Assembly: GCA_020634615.1 (NCBI GenBank)
Contig: JACKBI010000015.1
Span: 100,230-164,229, forward strand
DNA length: 64,000 bases
Direction of reading: 5' to 3'
From: Anaerolineales bacterium
Lineage (GTDB): Bacteria > Chloroflexota > Anaerolineae > JAAEKA01
The notes beneath the pieces were generated by a model. It ran no database searches and had not been told where the DNA came from. It worked only from the letters and a program-made list of their open reading frames with translations. A program made the position numbers and the translations under genes. The first letter of the stretch is position 1, and every line of letters begins with the position of its first letter. Shown here piece after piece: positions 38,641 through 47,513 of the stretch.

Positions 38641-39765
38641 ATGACCGTGCCAACCAACGGCGCACGCGCCATCACCGAGGAAGCCGATTTCCTGCAACTG
38701 AAAGCTATCGACCACGTTCACTGGTGGGTGGGCAACGCCAAGCAGACCATGTACTACTGGTGGAAGGCGTTCGGATTCAAGCCGGTGGCCTATTCCGGGC
38801 TGGAAACCGGCAATCGCCAGTTCGCGTCATATGTGCTGGAATCGGGCAAGATTCGTTTCGTCATCTCCGCCGCCTACGGCCCCAGCAGCGAGATCGCCGC
38901 GCATCATCTGGTCCACGGCGACGGCATCAAGGCCATCGCGTTGACAGTGGATGACGTGGAGAAAGCCTGGCGCGAGACCACCCAGCGCGGCGGCAAGAGC
39001 GCCTGGGCGCCGCGCGAGGAAGCGGACGAGTACGGTGTACTGCGTACCTCAGCCATCCAAATCTACGGCGAGGTGCTGCATGTCTTCGTGGATCGCAACG
39101 ACTACCGCGGTCCCTTTGCGCCCAGCTACCGACCGCTGGACATGCCGGCCCAGTCGACCGGACTGGCGGCTGTCGATCACATGGTGGGCAACGTGCAGCT
39201 TGGCAAGATGAACTACTGGGTCAACTTCTACCACCAGGTGATGGGCTTCCGCCAGTTGCTGCACTTTGACGACCAGGACATCAGCACCGAATACTCTGCG
39301 CTGATGTCGAAGGTGATGCAGAACGGCAGCGGGCGGGTCAAGTTCCCCATCAACGAGCCGGCTGAGGGCAAGCGCAAGAGCCAGATCGAGGAATACCTGG
39401 ACTACTACATGGGGCCGGGAGTGCAACACGTGGCCATGAGCACCGGCGATATTCTGGCGACGATGAGCCAGTTGCGCGCCAACGGCGTCGAGTTCCTGCG
39501 CGTGCCAGACGCCTATTACGACCAGTTGCCCGAGCGGATCGGCAAGATCGACGAGGACATGGCGGCCATCCGCGAGATGGGAATCCTGGTGGATCGGGAC
39601 GACGAGGGCTATCTGTTGCAGGTCTTCTCGCGCCCCCTGCAAGACCGTCCCACCGCGTTCATCGAGGTCATCGAGCGCCACGGCAGCCGCGGCTTCGGCA
39701 AAGGCAACTTCAAGGCGCTGTTCGAGGCGCTGGAAATGGAGCAGGAGCGGCGCGGCAATCTGTAG
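38641..39765 (+). CDS. hppD: 4-hydroxyphenylpyruvate dioxygenase
   Basis: Two VOC modules, with iron ligands in HVAMSTGD…; 374 aa. Confidence 0.9.
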   Translation: MTVPTNGARAITEEADFLQLKAIDHVHWWVGNAKQTMYYWWKAFGFKPVAYSGLETGNRQFASYVLESGKIRFVISAAYGPSSEIAAHHLVHGDGIKAIALTVDDVEKAWRETTQRGGKSAWAPREEADEYGVLRTSAIQIYGEVLHVFVDRNDYRGPFAPSYRPLDMPAQSTGLAAVDHMVGNVQLGKMNYWVNFYHQVMGFRQLLHFDDQDISTEYSALMSKVMQNGSGRVKFPINEPAEGKRKSQIEEYLDYYMGPGVQHVAMSTGDILATMSQLRANGVEFLRVPDAYYDQLPERIGKIDEDMAAIREMGILVDRDDEGYLLQVFSRPLQDRPTAFIEVIERHGSRGFGKGNFKALFEALEMEQERRGNL

Positions 39766-39852
39766 GGGGTGGGGAGTGGGGAATGGGGACTGGGGATCAG
39801 CCCTCACTCCGGTTTCCCTCCTTTCCCTTCTTTCCTTCCTTTCCCTCTTCTC
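39766..39852. repeat. Family-A element with a G-quadruplex-prone purine arm
   Basis: ggggtggggagtggggaatggggactgggga…tttccctcctttcccttctttccttcctttccc. Confidence 0.7.
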
Positions 39853-39868
39853 AAAGGAGCGTTACCCT

Positions 39869-40494
39869 TGGAAATCACCCCCTCCTCCCTCCCCTGGCAG
39901 TCGCTGTACAAGCTGATGATTGGGTCGATTGTGCCGCGCGCCATTGGCTGGGTGTCGACTGTGAACGAGGCGGGCGAGCCGAATCTCGCGCCGTTTTCGT
40001 TTTTCACCGCGGCCGGGGCCAATCCGCCGCATGTTCTGTTCTGCCCGATGATCCGCTCCACCGACGGCCAGCCCAAGGACACGTTGCACAACGTGCGCGC
40101 CACGGGTGAGTTCGTCGTCAACATCGTCACCGAGGCTCTGGGACCGGCGATGAACATCACGTCAACTGAGCTGCCTGCGGATGTGAACGAGTTCGCGGCG
40201 GCCGGATTGACGCCGGCGCCATCGAGCGTGGTGCGCCCGCCGCGTGTCGCTGAAAGCCCCATCCACTTCGAGTGCCGGCTGACGCAGATCGTCGATCTTG
40301 GCGACCAGCCCGGCGCGGCCAGCGTGGTCATCGGCGAGGTCGTGCATTTACACGTGGACGACGCGCTGCTGATCGGCGGCGACAAAATCGACATCGCGCA
40401 GTTGCAACCCATCGGCCGCCTGGCCGGCAACAGCTACAGCCGCGTCGCCCCGGCCATGTTCGACCTCATCCGCCCGCCTTCACAGATCGGATAG
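39869..40494 (+). CDS. Flavin reductase-like (FMN-binding split-barrel) protein
   Basis: AAAGGAG ribosome-binding site 8 nt before TTG at 39869; …SLYKLMIGSIVPRAIGWVST… The ORF track's upstream start lies in repeat sequence. Confidence 0.7.
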
Positions 40495-40505
40495 AAGCTC
40501 ACCAC

Positions 40506-40588
40506 GGAGAGAAGGAGGGAAAGGAGGGAAAGAGACAAGCGCAGGTCGGCCCCTTGGTTTCCCTCATTTCCCATCTTTCCCTCTTCCC
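40506..40588. repeat. Family-A element
   Basis: ggagagaaggagggaaaggagggaaagagac…ggtttccctcatttcccatctttccctcttccc. Confidence 0.65.
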
Positions 40589-40590
40589 AT

Positions 40591-41070
40591 TCATCGAAAT
40601 CGGTCACGAAATGTCTGAATCTGGCCACTGTGCTCGCGCTTGTGGCCGTAGTATTGATAGGCGATCAGATCTTCCAGGTCGTATTGCGCGCCGTACCAGG
40701 GAATCGCACCGGTCCGCTGCAGCAAGCCGGCCGGCAGATCGCTGACCAGTCCACGGACCTGTTCGTGCGCGGCGAGGTATTCCTCGAGGCACCGTTCGTA
40801 CGTCCAGCCGTTGCGCAGTTCGTCCACCTGATGATCGTTGAACGCCTGCCCGTCGGCTTTGAGCGCATCGCGCAGCGGGGTCGGACACGGTGTCACCACA
40901 TCCTGCAGCACCTCCACCAGCACCAGCTCAAAAGATGCCAGATGCGCCACCAGATCCTTGACCGACCAGTAGCCTACCGCCCCACTGGTGGTGCGCTGGT
41001 CGGCCGGAACCAGATCCAGCGTGCGCATGAACGTAAAATGGCCGTACATCAAAACGTCGGACGCGTGCAT
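40591..41070 (-). CDS. DinB/ClbS(DfsB)-like four-helix-bundle protein
   Basis: …WSVKDLVAHLASFELVLVEVL… pattern. Confidence 0.5.
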   Translation of the reverse strand: MHASDVLMYGHFTFMRTLDLVPADQRTTSGAVGYWSVKDLVAHLASFELVLVEVLQDVVTPCPTPLRDALKADGQAFNDHQVDELRNGWTYERCLEEYLAAHEQVRGLVSDLPAGLLQRTGAIPWYGAQYDLEDLIAYQYYGHKREHSGQIQTFRDRFR

Positions 41071-41074
41071 GGCG

Positions 41075-42262
41075 TTACTCCTTGAAGTGTGACAGCGCAG
41101 CGGCAAACCCGGGCAGGGCGCGATCAATCATCGCATCGCTGGCAGTGATCGAGATACGAAAATAGCCGGGCATCTCGAATGTTGCGCCCGGCAGCACCAA
41201 CACGTCACGCTCCGCCAGCCAGTGGCAAAACGCCACATCGTCGGCCAGCGGTGAACGCACCAGCAGATAGAAGGTCCCCTCCGGGCTGCGCAGGGAGTAA
41301 CCCATGTCGCGCAGCGCGCTCACGAGCCTGTCACGCTTGGCCTGCAGGTGCTCGATGTCGATGGAGAGCTTTTCCAGGTCGGGCAGGGCATGCTGCAACA
41401 GGGCGTTGGGAAAAGCGTAGGCCGTAACGACCTGGGACGCGAGGATTGCCGGACGCATTGCCTCGCGCGCCGGCATTGACGGCGGCAGTGCGATGTAGCC
41501 GATGCGCTGGCCGGGCGTCAACAGCGTCTTGCCATAGGTGTAGAGCAGAAACGACTGATCGTAATAGGCAGTCGGGGTCGTGAACTCGCGGCCATCGTAG
41601 ACGATCCGGTTGTACGACTCGTCGGACAGCAGGTAGATCGTCCGGCCGTTGCGCTGGCTGGCAGCCGTCAGCAGATCTGACAGCGCTGTCAGCGTGGCCG
41701 GCGGGTAGATCCTGCCGGTGGGATTGTTAGGCGAATTGACAATGATGGCGCGCGTCCGCGGCGTGATGGCAGCCTCGATCGCGGCCAGGTCCAGGTCGAA
41801 GCTGACCGGGTCGCACTGCACCCGCACCGGCGTTCCCATGCTGGAGGCAATCATCGCTTCGTAGAAGAACCAGGGCGGGCTGATGTAGATGATCTCGTCG
41901 CCCGGATCGGTGATCGCGCCTAACGCCACAGCGATGGCTGCGAATGCGCCGTTGGTCATGAAGATGTCGTCAGCGTCAAAGGGCATGTCGAAGCGCTGCC
42001 GCAGCGTTTCAGCCACGATACGGCGCGGGCCTGGCTCGCTCATTTTGTAGGCGAACCAATCCTTGTCGTGCGGCGTGCTCCAGCGCTGCAATGCCTCGGT
42101 GAACTCCGGCAGCGGCATCTCCTGCGGATTGCCGGCCACAAAATCGCTGACGCCGGGGTTCCCCATGCGCGAGGTCACGACCGGGTCCTGGAAGAAATTA
42201 AGGAACGGGCTCATGGCCCCAAGCACCGCGGCGATGCGTTTCGATCCTGATACAGGTATGGA
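41075..42262 (-). CDS. Class I/II PLP-dependent aminotransferase
   Basis: …NSPNNPTGRIY… and a PLP lysine region (YGKTLL…). Confidence 0.8.
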   Translation of the reverse strand, partial: SIPVSGSKRIAAVLGAMSPFLNFFQDPVVTSRMGNPGVSDFVAGNPQEMPLPEFTEALQRWSTPHDKDWFAYKMSEPGPRRIVAETLRQRFDMPFDADDIFMTNGAFAAIAVALGAITDPGDEIIYISPPWFFYEAMIASSMGTPVRVQCDPVSFDLDLAAIEAAITPRTRAIIVNSPNNPTGRIYPPATLTALSDLLTAASQRNGRTIYLLSDESYNRIVYDGREFTTPTAYYDQSFLLYTYGKTLLTPGQRIGYIALPPSMPAREAMRPAILASQVVTAYAFPNALLQHALPDLEKLSIDIEHLQAKRDRLVSALRDMGYSLRSPEGTFYLLVRSPLADDVAFCHWLAERDVLVLPGATFEMPGYFRISITASDAMIDRALPGFAAALSHFKE

Positions 42263-42419
42263 CATCCGGGTTTCCTTTCCCTGGTACACATTCACTGCCG
42301 CTAATCACGGCACACCTTACGTCATGTTTAACGTATTGACTCGGCCAATTGCGCCGCGCAACCTGTTGCTGTGTGCCATTCACAGGTATAATGGCAGCCG
42401 GCAACACAGAGACGACACG

Positions 42420-42505
42420 GACTTCGGAAGTCGTCGGCTGCTTGTCAGGAGCGGCCCGCAACGGCTGGCACAAGCCCTCGTGTTGACTCGGCGACTTCCG
42501 AAGTC
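42420..42505. repeat. Family-B palindromic element, copy 4
   Basis: gacttcggaagtcgtcgg…N48…ctcggcgacttccgaagtc. Confidence 0.75.
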
Positions 42506-42548
42506 TTTCCAACCAGCTTCCAAAACTGACGCGCAAGGGAGAGCAACC

Positions 42549-43037
42549 ATGAACACAACCGACATTGGCATGTACTTCGCCTACAACGACTGGGCTAACC
42601 AGCGTATCCTTGATCAGGCGGCGCACCTCAGCAGCGAACAACTCTTGGCGCCCGCCGCTGTGCCGATGGGCAGCCTGTTCGGCACGCTGGCACATACGCT
42701 GGTGGCCGAAGTCATCTGGCGGCGGCGCTGGCAAGCGCTGCCACCCATCGATTCCGGTGACATCGAATCGTATCAATCCTTTGATGCGCTGCACGCGCGC
42801 TGGCAGGTCGAGGCTGACGCGTTGCGGGCCTATGTCGCCAGCGTTACCGACGAGGACTTGCAGCGTACCTTGCATTACCAGAACTCCAAAGGGACAGCGT
42901 TCCAGCAAATCCTCTGGCACCTGATGGCGCACATGGTCAACCATGGCACGCAGCACCGCTCCGAGGCCGCCATCCTGCTGACCAGCGCCGGCCACTCGCC
43001 CGGCGAGTTGGATTTGATCGGATATCTGCGGCAGTAA
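42549..43037 (+). CDS. DinB-family (DinB_2) protein
   Basis: …YNDWANQRILDQAAHLSSEQL…HMVNHGTQHRSE…. Confidence 0.75.
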   Translation: MNTTDIGMYFAYNDWANQRILDQAAHLSSEQLLAPAAVPMGSLFGTLAHTLVAEVIWRRRWQALPPIDSGDIESYQSFDALHARWQVEADALRAYVASVTDEDLQRTLHYQNSKGTAFQQILWHLMAHMVNHGTQHRSEAAILLTSAGHSPGELDLIGYLRQ

Positions 43038-43140
43038 TCTCACGATTTGATGCGCAATCGGCGTGGAGGAAACAGGCATGTCTTGACAGATCATCAATGA
43101 CCGTGTACCATTTGAATACGTACAGTGACAAGGAGGTTCT

Positions 43141-43420
43141 CATGCCGCGAGTTGCCGTTCAAGACAGTAGTCGGGTATCTCTGCGCATTCGTCCAGAAGA
43201 CAAGGCGCTGCTGGTACGCGCCGTTTCCTATACCCACATGGATCTGACATCGTTTGTCTTACAAAATGCCTTACAAGCTGCCAAAGCAGTAATTGCCGAA
43301 GCGGAGCTTATTGCCCTCTCTGAGCAAGATAGTTTGCGCGTGTTGGATGTCTTGGAAGATCCGCCCCCTCCGAATGCAAGGCTGCTTGCAGCGGCTCATG
43401 CGCTGCCGCTCATGCCATGA
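43141..43420 (+). CDS. DUF1778 antitoxin (TacA-like)
   Basis: AAGGAGG ribosome-binding site. It overlaps the GNAT gene by 4 nt (ATGA). Confidence 0.8.
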
Positions 43421-43944
43421 CCGTTGTGCCTTGGCATGAGGAGCCGATTGCCAAGCGGCACAACCGCGATGCTTTTGATTGCGGAGACGCTGCGCTGAAC
43501 GAGTTATTGCGCCGTTATGCCCGCCAAGCCCATGATTCCGGCGGCGCCAAGACCTTTCTTGCGGTTCCAGATGACGACTCGCAACGAGTTCTGGGTTTCT
43601 ATTCCTTGAGTCCTGCTTCGGTTGGGTTTTCCCGAACACCAGAGGTCATCAAGCGTGGTTTAGCGAGATATGATGTGCCAGTCTTCCGCCTTGGTCGACT
43701 GGCCGTTGATCTCAGCATGCAGAGAAAAGGGTTGGGTGGTCAACTCCTGTTGGCCGCAGGCAGGCGTTGCCTGCGCGCTTCCCAGGAGGTCGGCGGCGTG
43801 GCATTACTAATCGATGCCAAGAGTGAGGCTGTTGCAAACTGGTATGCCGGCTTTGGCGCATTGCAGCTTCTGAATACACCCCTTACCTTGCTTCTTCCTT
43901 TGAAAACTGTCCAGACGGCACTGCAATCTGAGGATAGATTCTGA
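43417..43944 (+). CDS. GNAT-family acetyltransferase toxin (TacT/AtaT-like)
   Basis: GNAT motif A RLAVDLSMQRKGLGGQLL. Confidence 0.8.
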   Translation: MTVVPWHEEPIAKRHNRDAFDCGDAALNELLRRYARQAHDSGGAKTFLAVPDDDSQRVLGFYSLSPASVGFSRTPEVIKRGLARYDVPVFRLGRLAVDLSMQRKGLGGQLLLAAGRRCLRASQEVGGVALLIDAKSEAVANWYAGFGALQLLNTPLTLLLPLKTVQTALQSEDRF

Positions 43945-43994
43945 ACGATCGCCCGTCAATTCCTTGAGAACTGTTTGCACACAGGAGCACCCAG

Positions 43995-45035
43995 ATGCGA
44001 TACAAACTATTCGGCCGCAGCGGCCTGCGGGTCTCAGAACTGGCCCTCGGCACCATGACCTTCGGGCCGGAGTGGGGCTGGGGCGCGGACAAGGAGACCA
44101 GCCAGGCGCTCTTCGATCTCTACGCGGACGCTGGCGGCAACTTCATCGACACCGCCAACCGCTACACGGAAGGCACGGCTGAGAAATATGTCGGCGAATT
44201 CGTCGCGAGCGATCGCGAGCATTTCGTCGTGGCCAGCAAGTACACCCTCAAGATGCGCGACGGCGACCCCAACTTCGGCGGCAACCAGCGCAAGAACATG
44301 ATGCAGTCGCTGCAAGCCAGCCTCAAGCGGCTCAACACCGACTACCTGGATATCTTGTGGCTGCACGCCTGGGACTTCACCACCCCTGTGGAAGAGGTGC
44401 TGCGCGGGCTGGACGATCTGGTGCGGCAGGGCACGGTGCTCTACGTCGGCATCAGCGACACGCCGGCCTGGGTGGTGTCACAGGCCAACGCGATCGCCGA
44501 TTTGCGCGGCTGGTCACGCTTCGTGGGCCTGCAAATTCGCTACAGCCTGGCTGACCGCAGCGCCGAACGCGATTTGCTGCCCATGGCGCGGGCGCTGGAC
44601 ATCGCCGTGACGCCGTGGAGTGTATTAGGCGCCGGCGTGCTGACCGGCAAATACAACGCCGATCCGCAGGCCAGCGGACGGGCGGCGCGTTGGGGAGCCG
44701 CCGAACGCGATCTGGCCATCGCCGCCGAGGTGCGCGCCGTGGCCGATGAGATCGGCTGTTCCGCGCCGCAGGTTGCCATCGCCTGGGTGCTGAACCAGCA
44801 AAAGCCGCACGCCGCTCCCATCATCCCGATTCTCGGAGCCACCAAACCGCACCAGCTCGCGGATAACCTGGGCGCGCTGGACGTTACCCTGAGCGCCGAG
44901 CACCTGGCGCGGCTGGAAGCGGTCAGCGCCATCGACCTGGGGTTCCCCCACGAATTCCTGACCAGCGGCGGCGTCAAAGACCTCGTCTTCGGCGGCACCT
45001 ACGACCAGATCGACAACCACCGGCAGATCTACTAG
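43995..45035 (+). CDS. Aldo/keto reductase
   Basis: AKR signatures; 346 aa. Confidence 0.9.
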   Translation: MRYKLFGRSGLRVSELALGTMTFGPEWGWGADKETSQALFDLYADAGGNFIDTANRYTEGTAEKYVGEFVASDREHFVVASKYTLKMRDGDPNFGGNQRKNMMQSLQASLKRLNTDYLDILWLHAWDFTTPVEEVLRGLDDLVRQGTVLYVGISDTPAWVVSQANAIADLRGWSRFVGLQIRYSLADRSAERDLLPMARALDIAVTPWSVLGAGVLTGKYNADPQASGRAARWGAAERDLAIAAEVRAVADEIGCSAPQVAIAWVLNQQKPHAAPIIPILGATKPHQLADNLGALDVTLSAEHLARLEAVSAIDLGFPHEFLTSGGVKDLVFGGTYDQIDNHRQIY

Positions 45036-45116
45036 CGTGAGGCGACGACTTGAGCACGTAGAAAGCGCAGAGCCAGACCGGCCGGTCTGGCTCTGCGCTT
45101 TGTCTCTCTTTGAGAC

Positions 45117-45521
45117 TCATGCCAGCGGTGCAGTCAACTCCACCTGGATGTTGTCTGGGTCGCGGAACGCCAGAACGGCGATACCGAATGGCTCCAACGA
45201 CTTGATCTCGCCGCGCGAGACACCATTGGCGTCAAACAGGCTGGCAGCGGCTTCCAGGTCGGCCACGCTAGCTACGCTCAAGCTGAGGTGATCCAGGCCG
45301 ATGCGGTTCTCGCTGAACTGGTCAGCGGGAGTGGTCTGGGTCGGATCGGGTGGCGGGTTCAGCGCCAGCAGCACGCTGCCGTTGTGCAGCAAGGCCTTCG
45401 GGCCAAAGTCGGTCAGGAAGTTGAAGCCCAGCAACTCGCTGTAGAACTGTTGCGAACGACGCAAGTCGCTGACGGTCAGTGCGACATGGTGGACACCGGT
45501 TGTGGGGATTGGGTTTGTCAT
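45117..45521 (-). CDS. VOC/glyoxalase-family protein. The ORF continues in-frame upstream to 45875, adding a ~110-aa N-terminal region containing VHLFTLRLW…W.GKV.
   Basis: VOC module GVHHVALTVSDLRRSQQFY. There is no stop codon between the upstream peptide and the VOC start. Confidence 0.65.
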   Translation of the reverse strand: MTNPIPTTGVHHVALTVSDLRRSQQFYSELLGFNFLTDFGPKALLHNGSVLLALNPPPDPTQTTPADQFSENRIGLDHLSLSVASVADLEAAASLFDANGVSRGEIKSLEPFGIAVLAFRDPDNIQVELTAPLA

Positions 45522-45811
45522 AGTTGTTTGCTCCTTTAACTCTGTGGTTGCTGACAACTGATCGATCAACTGTTGCCAACTGCGAAAGTAATGCGCTTCT
45601 CCCGTCAGGAGGTGCTGCACCTTGCCGCGCCATTCGATGTGGTCCGTGTCCATTTCCTCCGCCCACAGGCGCAGTGTAAACAGGTGGACCTGGGAAGGAT
45701 GATTTGGCGGTCGACTTGTCATCAGGCGCTCCATCGACCGAAAAAGATACAGGATCGAGGACCACCGGAATCTCCTTGGATCGTGAATTGTGGCGAGCTG
45801 ATTTGGATTGC

Positions 45812-47297
45812 TTACGCCTTGATCAAGGAAACATACGTGCCCTGCACAGTTGAATAGAATGAGACAGTTGTCCAACCAGGCGACCAGATGCGCTGGTCGA
45901 TCCTGGGGCCAATCTTGCCATCCGGGCTAATCTGGTGCATGTGCATACGTCCATTACCATTTTTCAACAAGAACAGGTAGTTCTGCCCGCCGATTGCGTA
46001 GGTCTTCGCAGTTGTCCACCCCGAGGACCAGTCGCGATTGTCAATGACCGGTCCAATCTTTCCGTCGGCGTTGATCTCGTTGACGTGCATCCGCCCATCA
46101 CCCGCTTTCAGCAGGAATAGGTAGTTCTTTCCTCCAATCGCGAATGTGCTCGCGGATGTCCAACCTGAAGACCAATCCTGGTTGTCAATCATCGTTCCAA
46201 TCGTACCATCGGCATTGATTTCATTGACGTGCATCCGCCCGTCACCCGCTTTCAGCAGAAACAGGTAATTCTTGCCCCAGATCGTGTAGATCGCCGCTGA
46301 TGTCCAGCCCGATGACCAGTCCTTGTTGTCGATGAGTGCCCCGATCGTGCCATCGGCATTGATTTCATTGACGTGCATCCGCCCGTTTCCCTCTTTCAAC
46401 AGAAACAGGTAATTCTTGCCCCAGATCGTGTAGATCGCCGCTGACGTCCAGCCCGATGACCAGTCCTTGTTGTCAACGATGTCCCCAAAGCTTCCGTCAG
46501 CATTGATCTCGCGAACAATCATCCACCCATCTCCCTTCTTCAGAAAGAACAGATAGGTCTTCGAGCCGATGGTAAACGGGGCACTTGTCGTCCACCCATC
46601 CGACCACGATCGCATGTCTACCGTGTGATTCACCTCGCCGTGCGGGAACAACTTGTAGACGTGCGAGTTTCCGGCAGTTAGCTCCGCGGCTGTGGCTTGA
46701 TCGCCCGGACTAAACGGACCTGGTGACAGCGAACACAACAGATCGACATACCCGCTGGGTGGAGCAATAAACACATCCTTGGTTGGATCAACTGCAAAGG
46801 CGCGCCGGCAGTAGTGCATCATGGATAGATAATCATAGTTGCCAACATTGACGCTGGCGGCGTCACTCATCTTGATGAAATTTGCAGCCTTCACAGGGTC
46901 AACGTTGTCAAAATCAATCGTTACCCAATCATCCCTGTCACTGCGCATATGTTCATGAATCATCCCCACGGCATGACCAATCTCGTGTTCAATCCTGCAA
47001 CTGATGTTTGGGTTCGGGTTCTCGGGAACCAGGACGATCTGAATGCCGCCAGCCATTCCAGCCGCAGTCGAAAAACAGAAATCCAGCGCGGCCCCGCCAA
47101 ATGATTGAAATGAGATGTAGTTGGTCTGATTGGCACGGGGGATCAATGTGATGCCGACCGCCAGATCGTTCCATGCTGCAATGGCAGTGTTGACACGACT
47201 GACCGTGGTAGGAAAGACACTCTCGTCAATGTCAATTTGATATGGCACACATCCATCCGGCCAGTACGTTTTCTTGTCGCTCGTGATGATTCCCATG
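45812..47297 (-). CDS. Astacin (M12A) zinc metalloprotease with six C-terminal ~45-aa tandem repeats
   Basis: HEIGHAVGMIHEHMRSDRDD and the Met-turn SMMHY. The protein begins directly with a mature-astacin-like N terminus (…WPDGCVPYQID…) and has no signal peptide or prodomain. It lies in a low-GC segment. Confidence 0.8.
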
Positions 47298-47513
47298 GTA
47301 TTGTCTCCTTGTATCGTACGTGCGAAAACAGGTTGATGTGTCGGTTTCTCGTCACCAACATGGTCCGAGCATATCACAAGGCGCGCTTCACCAGCGCTTC
47401 ATGAGAGATTTCACAGGAAACGGTTTACCAACCAGCCGACAGAGGCGTCAGCTTGCTTTGGCCCCCCGCAGTCTGACGTCACAGAGAAAACAGGCGGAAA
47501 CTTCCAGGAAGGA

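Noticed and set aside
39769-39868. N-terminal extension MGSGEWGLG… on the flavin reductase ORF
   Set aside because: It is encoded by the G-quadruplex-like family-A repeat. AAAGGAG plus TTG at 39869 gives a canonical start.
5204-42505. CRISPR array
   Set aside because: The repeats are inverted or palindromic, irregularly spaced and present as single units at scattered loci. There are no direct-repeat/spacer arrays and no cas genes.
45812-47377. Longer astacin start at 47377 (MICSDHVGDEK…)
   Set aside because: It adds 27 aa with no signal-peptide character. The ATG at 47297 aligns with the conserved mature-astacin N terminus. It is left as an alternative and not excluded.
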